NCBI RefSeq assembly: GCF_000015025.1
Contig: NC_008578.1
Span: 660,001 to 692,000, forward strand
DNA length: 32,000 nucleotides
Origin: Acidothermus cellulolyticus 11B
GTDB taxonomy: Bacteria; Actinomycetota; Actinomycetes; Acidothermales; Acidothermaceae
Direction of reading: 5' to 3'
A model generated the notes under the pieces. The model saw only the letters and a list, made by a program, of their open reading frames with translations, was not told where the DNA came from and searched no databases. The translations under genes were made by a program, and so were the position numbers. Positions 1 to 12,075 of this stretch are shown piece by piece. Positions within the stretch are counted from its first letter, which is position 1; the number at the start of each line of letters is the position of its first letter.

Positions 1-1088
1 TCGCCAGCGAGGCGCTCGCAATCAGTACCGGCACATCGCCTCCGCCGTCGCCGAGCTCGAGTCCATCCTCGTCGCCGTCTCCGTCGCCGTCTCCGTCGGC
101 GTCTCCGTCGGCGTCTCCGTCGGCGTCTTCGTCGCCGAGCCCGTCTCCGTCGTCGTCGCCGGTGTCGGGTGGGGTGAAGGTGCAGTACAAGAACAATGAT
201 TCGGCGCCGGGTGATAACCAGATCAAACCGGGTCTCCAGTTGGTGAATACGGGGTCGTCGTCGGTGGATTTGTCGACGGTGACGGTGCGGTACTGGTTCA
301 CCCGGGATGGTGGGTCGTCGACACTGGTGTACAACTGTGACTGGGCGGCGATGGGGTGTGGGAATATCCGCGCCTCGTTCGGCTCGGTGAACCCGGCGAC
401 GCCGACGGCGGACACCTACCTGCAGTTGTCGTTCACTGGTGGAACGTTGGCCGCTGGTGGGTCGACGGGTGAGATTCAAAACCGGGTGAATAAGAGTGAC
501 TGGTCGAACTTTGATGAGACCAATGACTACTCGTATGGGACGAACACCGCCTTCCAGGATTGGACGAAGGTGACGGTGTATGTCAATGGCCGGCTGGTGT
601 GGGGGACTGAACCGTCCGGCACCAGCCCCAGCCCCACACCCAGCCCCAGCCCAACCCCGTCCCCGAGCCCGAGCCCGACCCCAAGCCCCAGCTCCTCCCC
701 ATCCCCGTCCCCGAGCCCCAGCCCCAGCCCTACGCCGTCCCCGTCGCCGAGCCCGTCGCCGTCGCCGAGTGTGTCGTCGTCGGGTGTGGGGTGCCGGGCG
801 ACGTATGTGGTGAATAGTGATTGGGGTTCTGGGTTTACGGCGACGGTGACGGTGACGAATACCGGGAGCCGGGCGACGAGCGGGTGGACGGTGGCGTGGT
901 CGTTTGGTGGGAATCAGACGGTCACGAACTACTGGAACACTGCGTTGACCCAATCAGGTGCATCGGTGACGGCGACGAACCTGAGCTACAACAACGTGAT
1001 CCAACCGGGTCAGTCGACCACCTTCGGATTCAACGGAAGTTACTCAGGAACAAACACCGCACCTACACTCACCTGCACGGCTAGTTGA
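1..1088 (+). CDS. 3' part of a multidomain secreted glycoside hydrolase gene entering from upstream (P/S linker - CBM3 - P/S/T linker - CBM2); the catalytic domain lies outside the window
   Basis: The frame with codons starting at nt 3 is open from the window edge to TGA 1086-1088. The ORF track lists only the part after an internal GTG (162..1088). The translation is an (S/P)n linker, then [27 protein letters not shown]...[12 protein letters not shown] (family-3 CBM), a second linker, then [25 protein letters not shown]...TLTCTAS (family-2 CBM with terminal Cys pair). Confidence 0.85.
   Translation, partial: ASEALAISTGTSPPPSPSSSPSSSPSPSPSPSASPSASPSASSSPSPSPSSSPVSGGVKVQYKNNDSAPGDNQIKPGLQLVNTGSSSVDLSTVTVRYWFTRDGGSSTLVYNCDWAAMGCGNIRASFGSVNPATPTADTYLQLSFTGGTLAAGGSTGEIQNRVNKSDWSNFDETNDYSYGTNTAFQDWTKVTVYVNGRLVWGTEPSGTSPSPTPSPSPTPSPSPSPTPSPSSSPSPSPSPSPSPTPSPSPSPSPSPSVSSSGVGCRATYVVNSDWGSGFTATVTVTNTGSRATSGWTVAWSFGGNQTVTNYWNTALTQSGASVTATNLSYNNVIQPGQSTTFGFNGSYSGTNTAPTLTCTAS
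162..620 (+). repeat. CBM3 cassette, copy A (459 nt)
   Basis: Near-identical at the DNA level to 7410-7868 and, from nt 183 on, to 1289-1726. Off-frame ORF-track peptides from the different copies are almost identical. Confidence 0.9.
792..1088 (+). repeat. CBM2 cassette, copy A (297 nt including stop)
   Basis: The core is near-identical to 8406-8702 and 10032-10328. The 3' end (NGSYSGTNTAPTLTCTAS) instead matches the GH48 copy. Confidence 0.9.
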
Positions 1089-1115
1089 ACAAACAAGGAG
1101 GAGACAAAGGAATAG

Positions 1116-1166
1116 ATGACTGTGCAGTCGAACTGTCTGGTAACAACGGAAAGGATAGGTCGGTAA
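1116..1166 (+). promoter_or_regulatory. Candidate 16-codon upstream ORF in the AT-rich junction before the GH48 gene
   Basis: AAGGAGGAG (1095-1103) and AAAGGAA precede ATG 1116. The peptide is MTVQSNCLVTTERIGR, and its TAA at 1164-66 ends 2 nt before the GH48 ATG at 1169. Confidence 0.25.
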
Positions 1167-1168
1167 AT

Positions 1169-4100
1169 ATGCCAGGATTACGACGGCGACTCCGCGCCGG
1201 TATCGTCTCGGCGGCGGCGTTGGGGTCGCTGGTTAGCGGGCTCGTTGCCGTCGCACCAGTCGCGCACGCGGCGGTGACTCTCAAAGCGCAGTATAAGAAC
1301 AATGATTCGGCGCCGAGTGACAACCAGATCAAACCGGGTCTCCAGTTGGTGAATACCGGGTCGTCGTCGGTGGATTTGTCGACGGTGACGGTGCGGTACT
1401 GGTTCACCCGGGATGGTGGGTCGTCGACACTGGTGTACAACTGTGACTGGGCGGCGATGGGGTGTGGGAATATCCGCGCCTCGTTCGGCTCGGTGAACCC
1501 GGCGACGCCGACGGCGGACACCTACCTGCAGTTGTCGTTCACTGGTGGAACGTTGGCCGCTGGTGGGTCGACGGGTGAGATTCAAAACCGGGTGAATAAG
1601 AGTGACTGGTCGAACTTTGATGAGACCAATGACTACTCGTATGGGACGAACACCACCTTCCAGGACTGGACGAAGGTGACGGTGTACGTCAACGGCGTGT
1701 TGGTCTGGGGGACCGAACCGTCCGGAGCGACGGCGTCTCCATCCGCGTCGGCGACGCCCAGCCCGTCCAGTTCACCGACCACGAGTCCGAGTTCGTCCCC
1801 GTCGCCGAGCAGCAGCCCGACGCCGACACCGAGCAGCTCGTCGCCGCCCCCGTCGTCCAACGACCCGTACATCCAGCGGTTCCTCACGATGTACAACAAG
1901 ATTCACGACCCAGCGAACGGCTACTTCAGCCCGCAGGGAATTCCCTACCACTCGGTAGAAACGCTCATCGTTGAGGCACCGGACTACGGGCACGAGACAA
2001 CTTCGGAGGCGTACAGCTTCTGGCTCTGGCTCGAAGCGACGTACGGCGCAGTGACCGGCAACTGGACGCCGTTCAACAACGCCTGGACGACGATGGAAAC
2101 GTACATGATCCCGCAGCACGCGGACCAGCCGAACAACGCGTCGTACAACCCCAACAGCCCGGCGTCGTACGCTCCGGAAGAGCCGCTGCCCAGCATGTAC
2201 CCGGTTGCCATCGACAGCAGCGTGCCGGTTGGGCACGACCCGCTCGCCGCCGAATTGCAGTCGACGTACGGCACTCCGGACATTTACGGCATGCACTGGC
2301 TGGCCGACGTTGACAACATCTACGGATACGGCGACAGCCCCGGCGGTGGTTGCGAACTCGGTCCTTCCGCTAAGGGCGTCTCCTACATCAACACATTCCA
2401 GCGCGGCTCGCAGGAGTCCGTCTGGGAGACGGTCACCCAGCCGACGTGCGACAACGGCAAGTACGGTGGGGCGCACGGCTACGTCGACCTGTTCATCCAG
2501 GGTTCGACGCCGCCGCAGTGGAAGTACACCGATGCCCCGGACGCCGACGCCCGTGCCGTCCAGGCTGCGTACTGGGCCTACACCTGGGCATCGGCGCAGG
2601 GCAAGGCAAGCGCGATTGCCCCGACGATCGCCAAGGCGGCCAAACTCGGCGACTACCTGCGGTACTCGCTCTTTGACAAGTACTTCAAGCAGGTCGGCAA
2701 CTGCTACCCGGCCAGCTCCTGCCCTGGAGCAACCGGACGCCAGAGCGAGACCTACCTGATCGGCTGGTACTACGCCTGGGGCGGCTCAAGCCAAGGCTGG
2801 GCCTGGCGCATTGGTGACGGCGCCGCGCACTTCGGCTACCAGAATCCGCTTGCCGCGTGGGCGATGTCGAACGTGACACCGCTCATTCCGCTCTCGCCCA
2901 CGGCAAAGAGCGACTGGGCGGCGAGCTTGCAGCGCCAGCTGGAGTTCTACCAGTGGTTGCAATCCGCGGAAGGAGCCATTGCGGGCGGCGCCACCAACAG
3001 CTGGAACGGCAATTACGGGACCCCGCCGGCCGGAGACTCGACCTTCTACGGCATGGCGTACGACTGGGAGCCGGTCTACCACGACCCGCCGAGCAACAAC
3101 TGGTTCGGCTTCCAGGCGTGGTCCATGGAACGGGTTGCCGAGTACTACTACGTCACCGGCGACCCGAAGGCCAAGGCGCTGCTCGACAAGTGGGTCGCAT
3201 GGGTGAAGCCGAATGTCACCACCGGTGCCTCATGGTCGATTCCGTCGAATTTGTCCTGGAGCGGCCAACCGGATACCTGGAATCCGAGCAACCCAGGAAC
3301 GAATGCCAACCTGCACGTGACCATCACGTCGTCCGGGCAGGACGTCGGTGTTGCCGCGGCGCTCGCGAAGACACTCGAGTACTACGCGGCAAAATCCGGC
3401 GATACGGCCTCGCGCGACCTCGCGAAGGGATTGCTCGACTCCATCTGGAACAACGACCAGGACAGCCTCGGTGTGAGCACACCGGAGACGCGGACCGACT
3501 ACTCTCGGTTCACTCAGGTGTACGACCCGACGACTGGTGACGGCCTCTACATCCCGTCGGGTTGGACGGGGACCATGCCCAACGGTGACCAAATCAAGCC
3601 GGGTGCGACCTTCCTGAGCATCCGGTCCTGGTACACCAAGGATCCGCAGTGGTCGAAGGTGCAGGCGTACCTCAACGGCGGGCCTGCTCCGACGTTCAAC
3701 TACCACCGGTTCTGGGCGGAGTCCGACTTCGCGATGGCGAACGCCGATTTTGGCATGCTCTTCCCATCCGGGTCGCCCAGCCCGACCCCGAGCCCGACTC
3801 CGACGTCGTCCCCGAGCCCGACTCCGAGCAGCTCGCCGACGCCGTCGCCCAGCCCGTCACCGACCGGCGACACCACGCCGCCGAGCGTGCCGACGGGTCT
3901 TCAGGTCACCGGGACAACGACGTCGTCCGTGTCGCTCAGCTGGACCGCGTCCACCGACAACGTCGGCGTCGCGCACTACAACGTGTACCGAAACGGCACG
4001 CTGGTGGGTCAGCCGACAGCGACGTCGTTCACGGACACCGGCCTGGCTGCTGGCACGTCGTACACGTACACAGTGGCGGCCGTTGATGCGGCCGGTAACA

Positions 4101-4534
4101 CGTCGGCGCAGAGCTCGCCGGTGACAGCGACGACGGCATCGCCGTCGCCGAGCCCGTCGCCGAGCCCGACTCCGACGTCGTCCCCGAGCCCAACGCCGTC
4201 GCCGACACCGTCACCGACGTCCACCAGCGGCGCATCGTGCACTGCTACCTACGTTGTCAATAGCGACTGGGGTAGCGGCTTCACGACAACCGTGACCGTG
4301 ACGAACACCGGCACCAGGGCCACCAGTGGCTGGACGGTCACGTGGAGCTTTGCCGGTAATCAGACGGTCACCAACTACTGGAACACCGCGCTGACGCAAT
4401 CCGGAAAGTCGGTGACCGCAAAGAACCTGAGTTACAACAACGTCATCCAACCTGGTCAGTCGACGACCTTTGGATTCAACGGAAGTTACTCAGGAACAAA
4501 CACCGCGCCGACGCTCAGCTGCACGGCAAGCTGA
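1169..4534 (+). CDS. Secreted family-48 glycoside hydrolase (cellobiohydrolase/exoglucanase), architecture CBM3-GH48-Fn3-CBM2
   Basis: ORF track 1085..4534. I place the start at ATG 1169 (MPGLRRRLRAGIVSAAALGSLVSGLVAVAPVAHA, an RR-containing signal peptide, with GGAAAGGA upstream) rather than at TTG 1085. Domains: CBM3 at about 1274-1717 and a P/S/T linker. The catalytic region at about 1860-3770 reads DPYIQRFLTMYNKIHDPANGYFSPQGIPYHSVETLIVEAPDYGHETTSEAYSFWLWLEA..., as in GH48 enzymes. Then Fn3 at 3869-4135 and CBM2 at 4238-4534. Confidence 0.9.
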   Translation: MPGLRRRLRAGIVSAAALGSLVSGLVAVAPVAHAAVTLKAQYKNNDSAPSDNQIKPGLQLVNTGSSSVDLSTVTVRYWFTRDGGSSTLVYNCDWAAMGCGNIRASFGSVNPATPTADTYLQLSFTGGTLAAGGSTGEIQNRVNKSDWSNFDETNDYSYGTNTTFQDWTKVTVYVNGVLVWGTEPSGATASPSASATPSPSSSPTTSPSSSPSPSSSPTPTPSSSSPPPSSNDPYIQRFLTMYNKIHDPANGYFSPQGIPYHSVETLIVEAPDYGHETTSEAYSFWLWLEATYGAVTGNWTPFNNAWTTMETYMIPQHADQPNNASYNPNSPASYAPEEPLPSMYPVAIDSSVPVGHDPLAAELQSTYGTPDIYGMHWLADVDNIYGYGDSPGGGCELGPSAKGVSYINTFQRGSQESVWETVTQPTCDNGKYGGAHGYVDLFIQGSTPPQWKYTDAPDADARAVQAAYWAYTWASAQGKASAIAPTIAKAAKLGDYLRYSLFDKYFKQVGNCYPASSCPGATGRQSETYLIGWYYAWGGSSQGWAWRIGDGAAHFGYQNPLAAWAMSNVTPLIPLSPTAKSDWAASLQRQLEFYQWLQSAEGAIAGGATNSWNGNYGTPPAGDSTFYGMAYDWEPVYHDPPSNNWFGFQAWSMERVAEYYYVTGDPKAKALLDKWVAWVKPNVTTGASWSIPSNLSWSGQPDTWNPSNPGTNANLHVTITSSGQDVGVAAALAKTLEYYAAKSGDTASRDLAKGLLDSIWNNDQDSLGVSTPETRTDYSRFTQVYDPTTGDGLYIPSGWTGTMPNGDQIKPGATFLSIRSWYTKDPQWSKVQAYLNGGPAPTFNYHRFWAESDFAMANADFGMLFPSGSPSPTPSPTPTSSPSPTPSSSPTPSPSPSPTGDTTPPSVPTGLQVTGTTTSSVSLSWTASTDNVGVAHYNVYRNGTLVGQPTATSFTDTGLAAGTSYTYTVAAVDAAGNTSAQSSPVTATTASPSPSPSPSPTPTSSPSPTPSPTPSPTSTSGASCTATYVVNSDWGSGFTTTVTVTNTGTRATSGWTVTWSFAGNQTVTNYWNTALTQSGKSVTAKNLSYNNVIQPGQSTTFGFNGSYSGTNTAPTLSCTAS
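1289..1726 (+). repeat. CBM3 cassette, copy B (N-terminal module of the GH48 gene)
   Basis: By eye I found a single mismatch to copy A across the roughly 340 nt between ...accagatcaaaccggg and gggacgaacacc. The flanks diverge. Confidence 0.9.
4238..4534 (+). repeat. CBM2 cassette, copy B (GH48), synonymously diverged
   Basis: Same length and a closely similar protein, but with many third-position differences (C-ending codons) from the other three copies in its 5' two-thirds. Confidence 0.85.
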
Positions 4535-4551
4535 TCTCGGCTCAACCACTA

Positions 4552-4590
4552 GGGGTAGCGGCCGTCCATCCCCTCGGCGGCCGCTACCCC
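4552..4590 (+). terminator. Stem-loop terminator candidate after the GH48 gene
   Basis: Perfect 13-bp inverted repeat GGGGTAGCGGCCG (4552-4564) / CGGCCGCTACCCC (4578-4590) with a 13-nt loop, 18 nt after the stop. There is no U-tract, which is common in high-GC actinobacteria. Confidence 0.6.
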
Positions 4591-4720
4591 AACGGGGTAC
4601 GACCCGTCCGTCGGTGCGGTCCGTCGATCGCTTCGGCCGCGCGTCGTTTGCACGCTGACGGCTGCGACGGCGGGTTCGTAGGAGCCTTGCTGAGCGACGG
4701 AGGGCCGGAATGGGTTGTAT

Positions 4721-4735
4721 TCGGTGGCGCACCGA
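4721..4735. promoter_or_regulatory. Palindrome TCGGTG-GCG-CACCGA upstream of the GH74 gene (possible operator)
   Basis: Perfect 6-bp arms about 70 nt upstream of ATG 4806. A related CGGTG-N7-CACCG lies about 30 nt upstream of the GH12 ATG (about 9083-9099). Confidence 0.25.
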
Positions 4736-4805
4736 GTGATAACCGCGGAACGCAATCGCCGTGCGCAGCGTCATCGCCGTCCACTCATACGGAGAAGTGA
4801 TCACG

Positions 4806-8702
<3,897 letters not shown>

Positions 8703-8731
8703 CCCACCAGGAGGCAGCGGAAAAATCACGG

Positions 8732-8765
8732 CCGCGCTCGGCTGTCCTGGTGGCCGAGCGTGCGG
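8732..8765 (+). terminator. Stem-loop terminator candidate after the GH74 gene
   Basis: CCGCGCTCGGC ... GCCGAGCG(T)GCGG inverted repeat, about 11 bp with one bulge and a 10-nt loop, 30 nt after the stop. Confidence 0.45.
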
Positions 8766-9116
8766 GAGTCGTCAGACCTTCGCGCATTCCGTGGCGATCG
8801 ACGGGAGACCGTGCCACGTAAGGCGGTCCTCCACTGATCGCCGGTGACCACACGGTGCTGCGGGAGCGAGAACATTGCTCTGGTCGATAGCCGGTTGTCG
8901 GTCGATTGGCGTACGGGCTTCGCCGGACGGTACGAATCGCGCGTCCGTTTGGCTACACCGGATAGGACCATCCGGCTCTTTACGCCTCGTAATGGCATTC
9001 TCACACTGAGTTAATAGGAGCAGGTAGGCCGACGCAGGCAAGCTCCTGCAGGCTCCTCGCCGTCCCCGAATGCGACCGGGGCCGGTGTCAGAGGCACCGT
9101 CCGAGAGGAGCAGATC

Positions 9117-10328
9117 ATGCTAGTGCTCAGGGCGCCGCGATGGCGAGTGGTCATCACGGCAGCCGCAGTGGGGATCGCGGCCGCCGGAATACTTGTGACA
9201 AGTCACTCCGCCTATGGTGCAACGACATCAACGTGTTCACCTACCGCCGTGGTGAGTGTGGCCGGTGACGAATACCGGGTGCAGGCCAATGAGTGGAATT
9301 CGTCGGCCCAACAATGCCTCACCATTGACACGTCAACGGGCGCCTGGTCAGTCAGCACGGCGAATTTCAATCTTGCGACCAACGGAGCGCCGGCGACGTA
9401 TCCGTCGATTTACAAGGGTTGCCACTGGGGCAACTGCACGACAGCCAATGTCGGGATGCCGATTCAGGTCAGCAAGATTGGTTCGGCTGTGACGTCGTGG
9501 AGTACGACGCAGGTGTCGTCGGGCGCGTATGACGTGGCCTACGACATTTGGACGAACAGCACCCCGACGACCTCTGGTCAGCCGAATGGCACAGAGGTGA
9601 TGATTTGGTTGAATTCGCGGGGTGGGGTGCAGCCGTTCGGGTCGCAGACGGCGACGGGTGTGACGGTCGCTGGTCACACGTGGAACGTCTGGCAGGGCCA
9701 GCAGACGTCCTGGAAGATTATTTCCTACGTCCTGACCCCTGGTGCGACGTCGATCAGCAATCTGGATTTGAAGGCGATTCTCGCGGACGCTGCTGCGCGC
9801 GGCTCGCTCAACACCTCCGATTACCTCATCGATGTTGAGGCCGGGTTTGAGATCTGGCAAGGTGGTCAGGGCCTGGGTAGTAACTCGTTCAGCGTCTCCG
9901 TGACGAGCGGCACGTCCAGCCCGACACCGACACCGTCTCCAAGCCCATCCCCGAGCCCCGCGCCCAGCCCGTCCCCGAGCCCGAGCCCAACGCCCACGTC
10001 CAGCCCGACATCGTCGTCTGGTGGTGTTGGGTGCAAGGCTGCCTATGCGGTTAGTAATGATTGGGGTTCTGGGTTTACGGCGACGGTGACGGTGACAAAT
10101 ACCGGGAGCCGGGCGACGAGCGGGTGGACGGTGGCGTGGTCGTTTGGTGGGAATCAGACGGTCACGAACTACTGGAACACTGCGTTGACCCAATCAGGTA
10201 AGTCGGTGACGGCGACGAACCTGAGCTACAACAACGTGATCCAACCGGGTCAGTCGACCACCTTCGGGTTCAACGCCAACTACACCGGCAGTAACACCCC
10301 ACCCACACTCACCTGCACCGCCAGCTGA
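9117..10328 (+). CDS. Secreted family-12 endoglucanase with C-terminal CBM2
   Basis: ATG 9117 is preceded by GAGAGGAG at a 6-nt spacing. The signal peptide is MLVLRAPRWRVVITAAAVGIAAAGILVTSHSAYG. The catalytic region has YRVQANEWNS, GTEVMIWLN (E-x-M-I-W nucleophile motif) and VEAGFEIWQGG (acid/base Glu motif), as in GH12. Then a P/S/T linker and CBM2 at 10032-10328. Confidence 0.88.
   Translation: MLVLRAPRWRVVITAAAVGIAAAGILVTSHSAYGATTSTCSPTAVVSVAGDEYRVQANEWNSSAQQCLTIDTSTGAWSVSTANFNLATNGAPATYPSIYKGCHWGNCTTANVGMPIQVSKIGSAVTSWSTTQVSSGAYDVAYDIWTNSTPTTSGQPNGTEVMIWLNSRGGVQPFGSQTATGVTVAGHTWNVWQGQQTSWKIISYVLTPGATSISNLDLKAILADAAARGSLNTSDYLIDVEAGFEIWQGGQGLGSNSFSVSVTSGTSSPTPTPSPSPSPSPAPSPSPSPSPTPTSSPTSSSGGVGCKAAYAVSNDWGSGFTATVTVTNTGSRATSGWTVAWSFGGNQTVTNYWNTALTQSGKSVTATNLSYNNVIQPGQSTTFGFNANYTGSNTPPTLTCTAS
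10032..10328 (+). repeat. CBM2 cassette, copy D (GH12)
   Basis: The core is near-identical to copies A and C. The 5' 25 nt and the 3' end differ. Confidence 0.9.
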
Positions 10329-10411
10329 CATCGTTGGCGGGACGTTCGAGCCAATACGCTCGAGCAAGGACGACGGACGATGTCCTCCGCGCAGGTAGCG
10401 TGAGGTCGACA

Positions 10412-10502
10412 AGGTGAAACCCGCGAGCGGGGACCCGAAGCGGACCGAGCGGACGGGCATGAGGCACGGGTGACGTCCGCGAGGTGAAACCCGGCGAGCG
10501 GG
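10412..10502. repeat. Two approximately 21-nt direct repeats (AGGTGAAACCCGCGAGCGGG / AGGTGAAACCCGGCGAGCGGG) 70 nt apart in the convergent GH12/cyclase intergenic region
   Basis: Copies lie at about 10412-10432 and 10482-10502. Each can form a small CCCG-loop-CGGG hairpin, and a CGGACG...CGTCCG stem (about 10450-10479) lies between them. Confidence 0.7.
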
Positions 10503-10520
10503 CACATCAAGAATGTGGGG

Positions 10521-12074
10521 CTATGCGGGTTGTGGGGAGCCAGGCAGGACCTGGCTCCCCACTCCCGCGAGAGTGACCCGGTTGCGGCCGGCTGATTTCG
10601 ATTGATAGAGGGCGGCGTCGGCAGCCGAAAGAATGTGATCCGGTGATCCGCCATGCAGGGGGAAGGTCGCGACCCCGAGGCTCACCGTAACGCGCGGTTC
10701 GGCGTCAAGACCGAAAATTCGGCGGCGAAGATTCTCCGCTGCGGTGGCAGCGCCGGCGAGATCGGTGTCCGGCAGCACAACGACGAATTCCTCCCCGCCG
10801 TACCGGGCGACGAGGTCAGAGCTCCGGCACCCCTGCTGGAGTGCGCGGGCAACCCGCTGGAGCGTCTGGTCGCCGACTTGATGTCCGAACGTGTCATTGA
10901 TGTGCTTGAAATGGTCGATGTCGACCATGACGACGGATATCGGTTGTGCCGCCCGACTCGCTTGAGCGAACATCCGGTCGAGATTCTCTTCGAGAGTACG
11001 CCGATTCGCTACTCCGGTGAGCATGTCAGTCGCGGCAAGCAATGTGATCTGCTCGAGCAGCCAGCTGTTGGCCAGCGCGAGCGCTGTTTGCGACGCGTAA
11101 CGTTCCAGCATTGCGACGACGCGCCGGTCAACCCGCGAACCGAAACGGGCATTGTGCTCGGCCACCAGTACGCCGTCCACGTTGTTGCCGGCTGACATGG
11201 GGACGAGGAGGAGGCGCTGGGCCCCGGGAAAGCTGGCCGCAAGCCATCGATCCCGGTGTCGGTCGATATGCCCCAGCCGCCACGTCCGCCGTTCGCGGCG
11301 AACCGATTGAATAGAGCGGTCTTCCGCGGGTGACAGTCGGTTCGGTGTCGTCTTGACCGAGGCCAGGATGACGTCGCCCGGGCCGCTCTTGACGACGATT
11401 GCCGCTCGAGGTGCGAGAAAGTCGTCGTGCACCGCTTCGACAAGCACGCGACCGACGTCGGCGGGATGGAGAGCTTCCTCCAAGCGCTGAGAAAGTCGAG
11501 CCAGCCCAAGAAGATCGTAGTTGCGGCGGCGCAACTCGCGTTCGTTCACGGAGGCGAACGCGGCGGTCGCCAGCGTGACCAGCCATACCGCGGCGACGAA
11601 AGCGCCCACCTCCGCCCCGGTCGAGTGGTGCGGAGAATGGAGCACCCCCGCCCTCAGGTATTGATAGACGACGAAGGCAAGCAGGGAATGCCAGACCGCG
11701 ATTTTCAAGCCGGTGCGAAAGGATGCCAGCAGCGTAACCGTTACGGCGTGCACCAGAACGAGGGTGACCTGGGGAGACACGTATCCGGTTGTGGCATAGC
11801 TGGTGATCGCCAGATATATCCCGTCGATGACGAGCGACGCGCTGAAGACCGTGAGTATCGTTCGCCGTGACAGTCGTGCGGCGTACGCGGTCGGCGCTGT
11901 CACCGCGAGATATCCGGCCGTGAATCCCGCGAGCGAGACAAGCGGCAGGCCTCGATATTGCGGGACGGCGTACCACAGCAGCACCATCACCACACCGAGG
12001 CCATACCGACACAGCTGGGTAGTCCGGAGCCGTTCGCTGAGCGGCACCAAGTCGATGTCCTGTGTTCGTGCCAT
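10521..12074 (-). CDS. Membrane diguanylate cyclase: about 6 TM helices, a GAF-like domain and a GGDEF domain (GGEEF active site, RxxD I-site)
   Basis: 517-aa ORF with an ATG start. The N-terminal half is hydrophobic helices (VVMVLLWYAV..., LAGFTAGYLAV..., VFSASLVIDGIYLAI..., and others). The centre is GAF-like (LLLVPMSAGNNVDGVLVAEHN...). The C-terminus reads DMLTGVANRR...VVMVDIDHFKHINDTFGHQVGD...RSSDLVARYGGEEFVVVLP, with RSSD at the canonical I-site spacing before GGEEF. Confidence 0.9.
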   Translation of the reverse strand: MARTQDIDLVPLSERLRTTQLCRYGLGVVMVLLWYAVPQYRGLPLVSLAGFTAGYLAVTAPTAYAARLSRRTILTVFSASLVIDGIYLAITSYATTGYVSPQVTLVLVHAVTVTLLASFRTGLKIAVWHSLLAFVVYQYLRAGVLHSPHHSTGAEVGAFVAAVWLVTLATAAFASVNERELRRRNYDLLGLARLSQRLEEALHPADVGRVLVEAVHDDFLAPRAAIVVKSGPGDVILASVKTTPNRLSPAEDRSIQSVRRERRTWRLGHIDRHRDRWLAASFPGAQRLLLVPMSAGNNVDGVLVAEHNARFGSRVDRRVVAMLERYASQTALALANSWLLEQITLLAATDMLTGVANRRTLEENLDRMFAQASRAAQPISVVMVDIDHFKHINDTFGHQVGDQTLQRVARALQQGCRSSDLVARYGGEEFVVVLPDTDLAGAATAAENLRRRIFGLDAEPRVTVSLGVATFPLHGGSPDHILSAADAALYQSKSAGRNRVTLAGVGSQVLPGSPQPA

Positions 12075-12075
12075 G

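Noticed and set aside
1085-1168. TTG 1085 (overlapping the upstream stop as TTGA) as the GH48 start.
   Set aside because: It would add 28 hydrophilic residues (MNKQGGDKGIDDCAVELSGNNGKDRSVN) in an AT-rich, non-coding-looking segment before an otherwise normal signal peptide. ATG 1169 has its own purine-rich SD. This is not fully excluded.
8855-8880. TGCGGGAGCGAGAACATTGCTCT as a CelR/CebR-type operator upstream of GH12.
   Set aside because: Only one half-site resembles TGGGAGCG and the other half is not its inverted complement. The alternative AGAACA-T-TGCTCT dyad is imperfect.
10329-10520. A riboswitch; the GGTGAAACCC-type strings are vaguely reminiscent of cobalamin-element cores.
   Set aside because: The region lies downstream of both flanking genes, not in a 5' UTR. 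I could not recognise a B12 box or any other complete riboswitch consensus.
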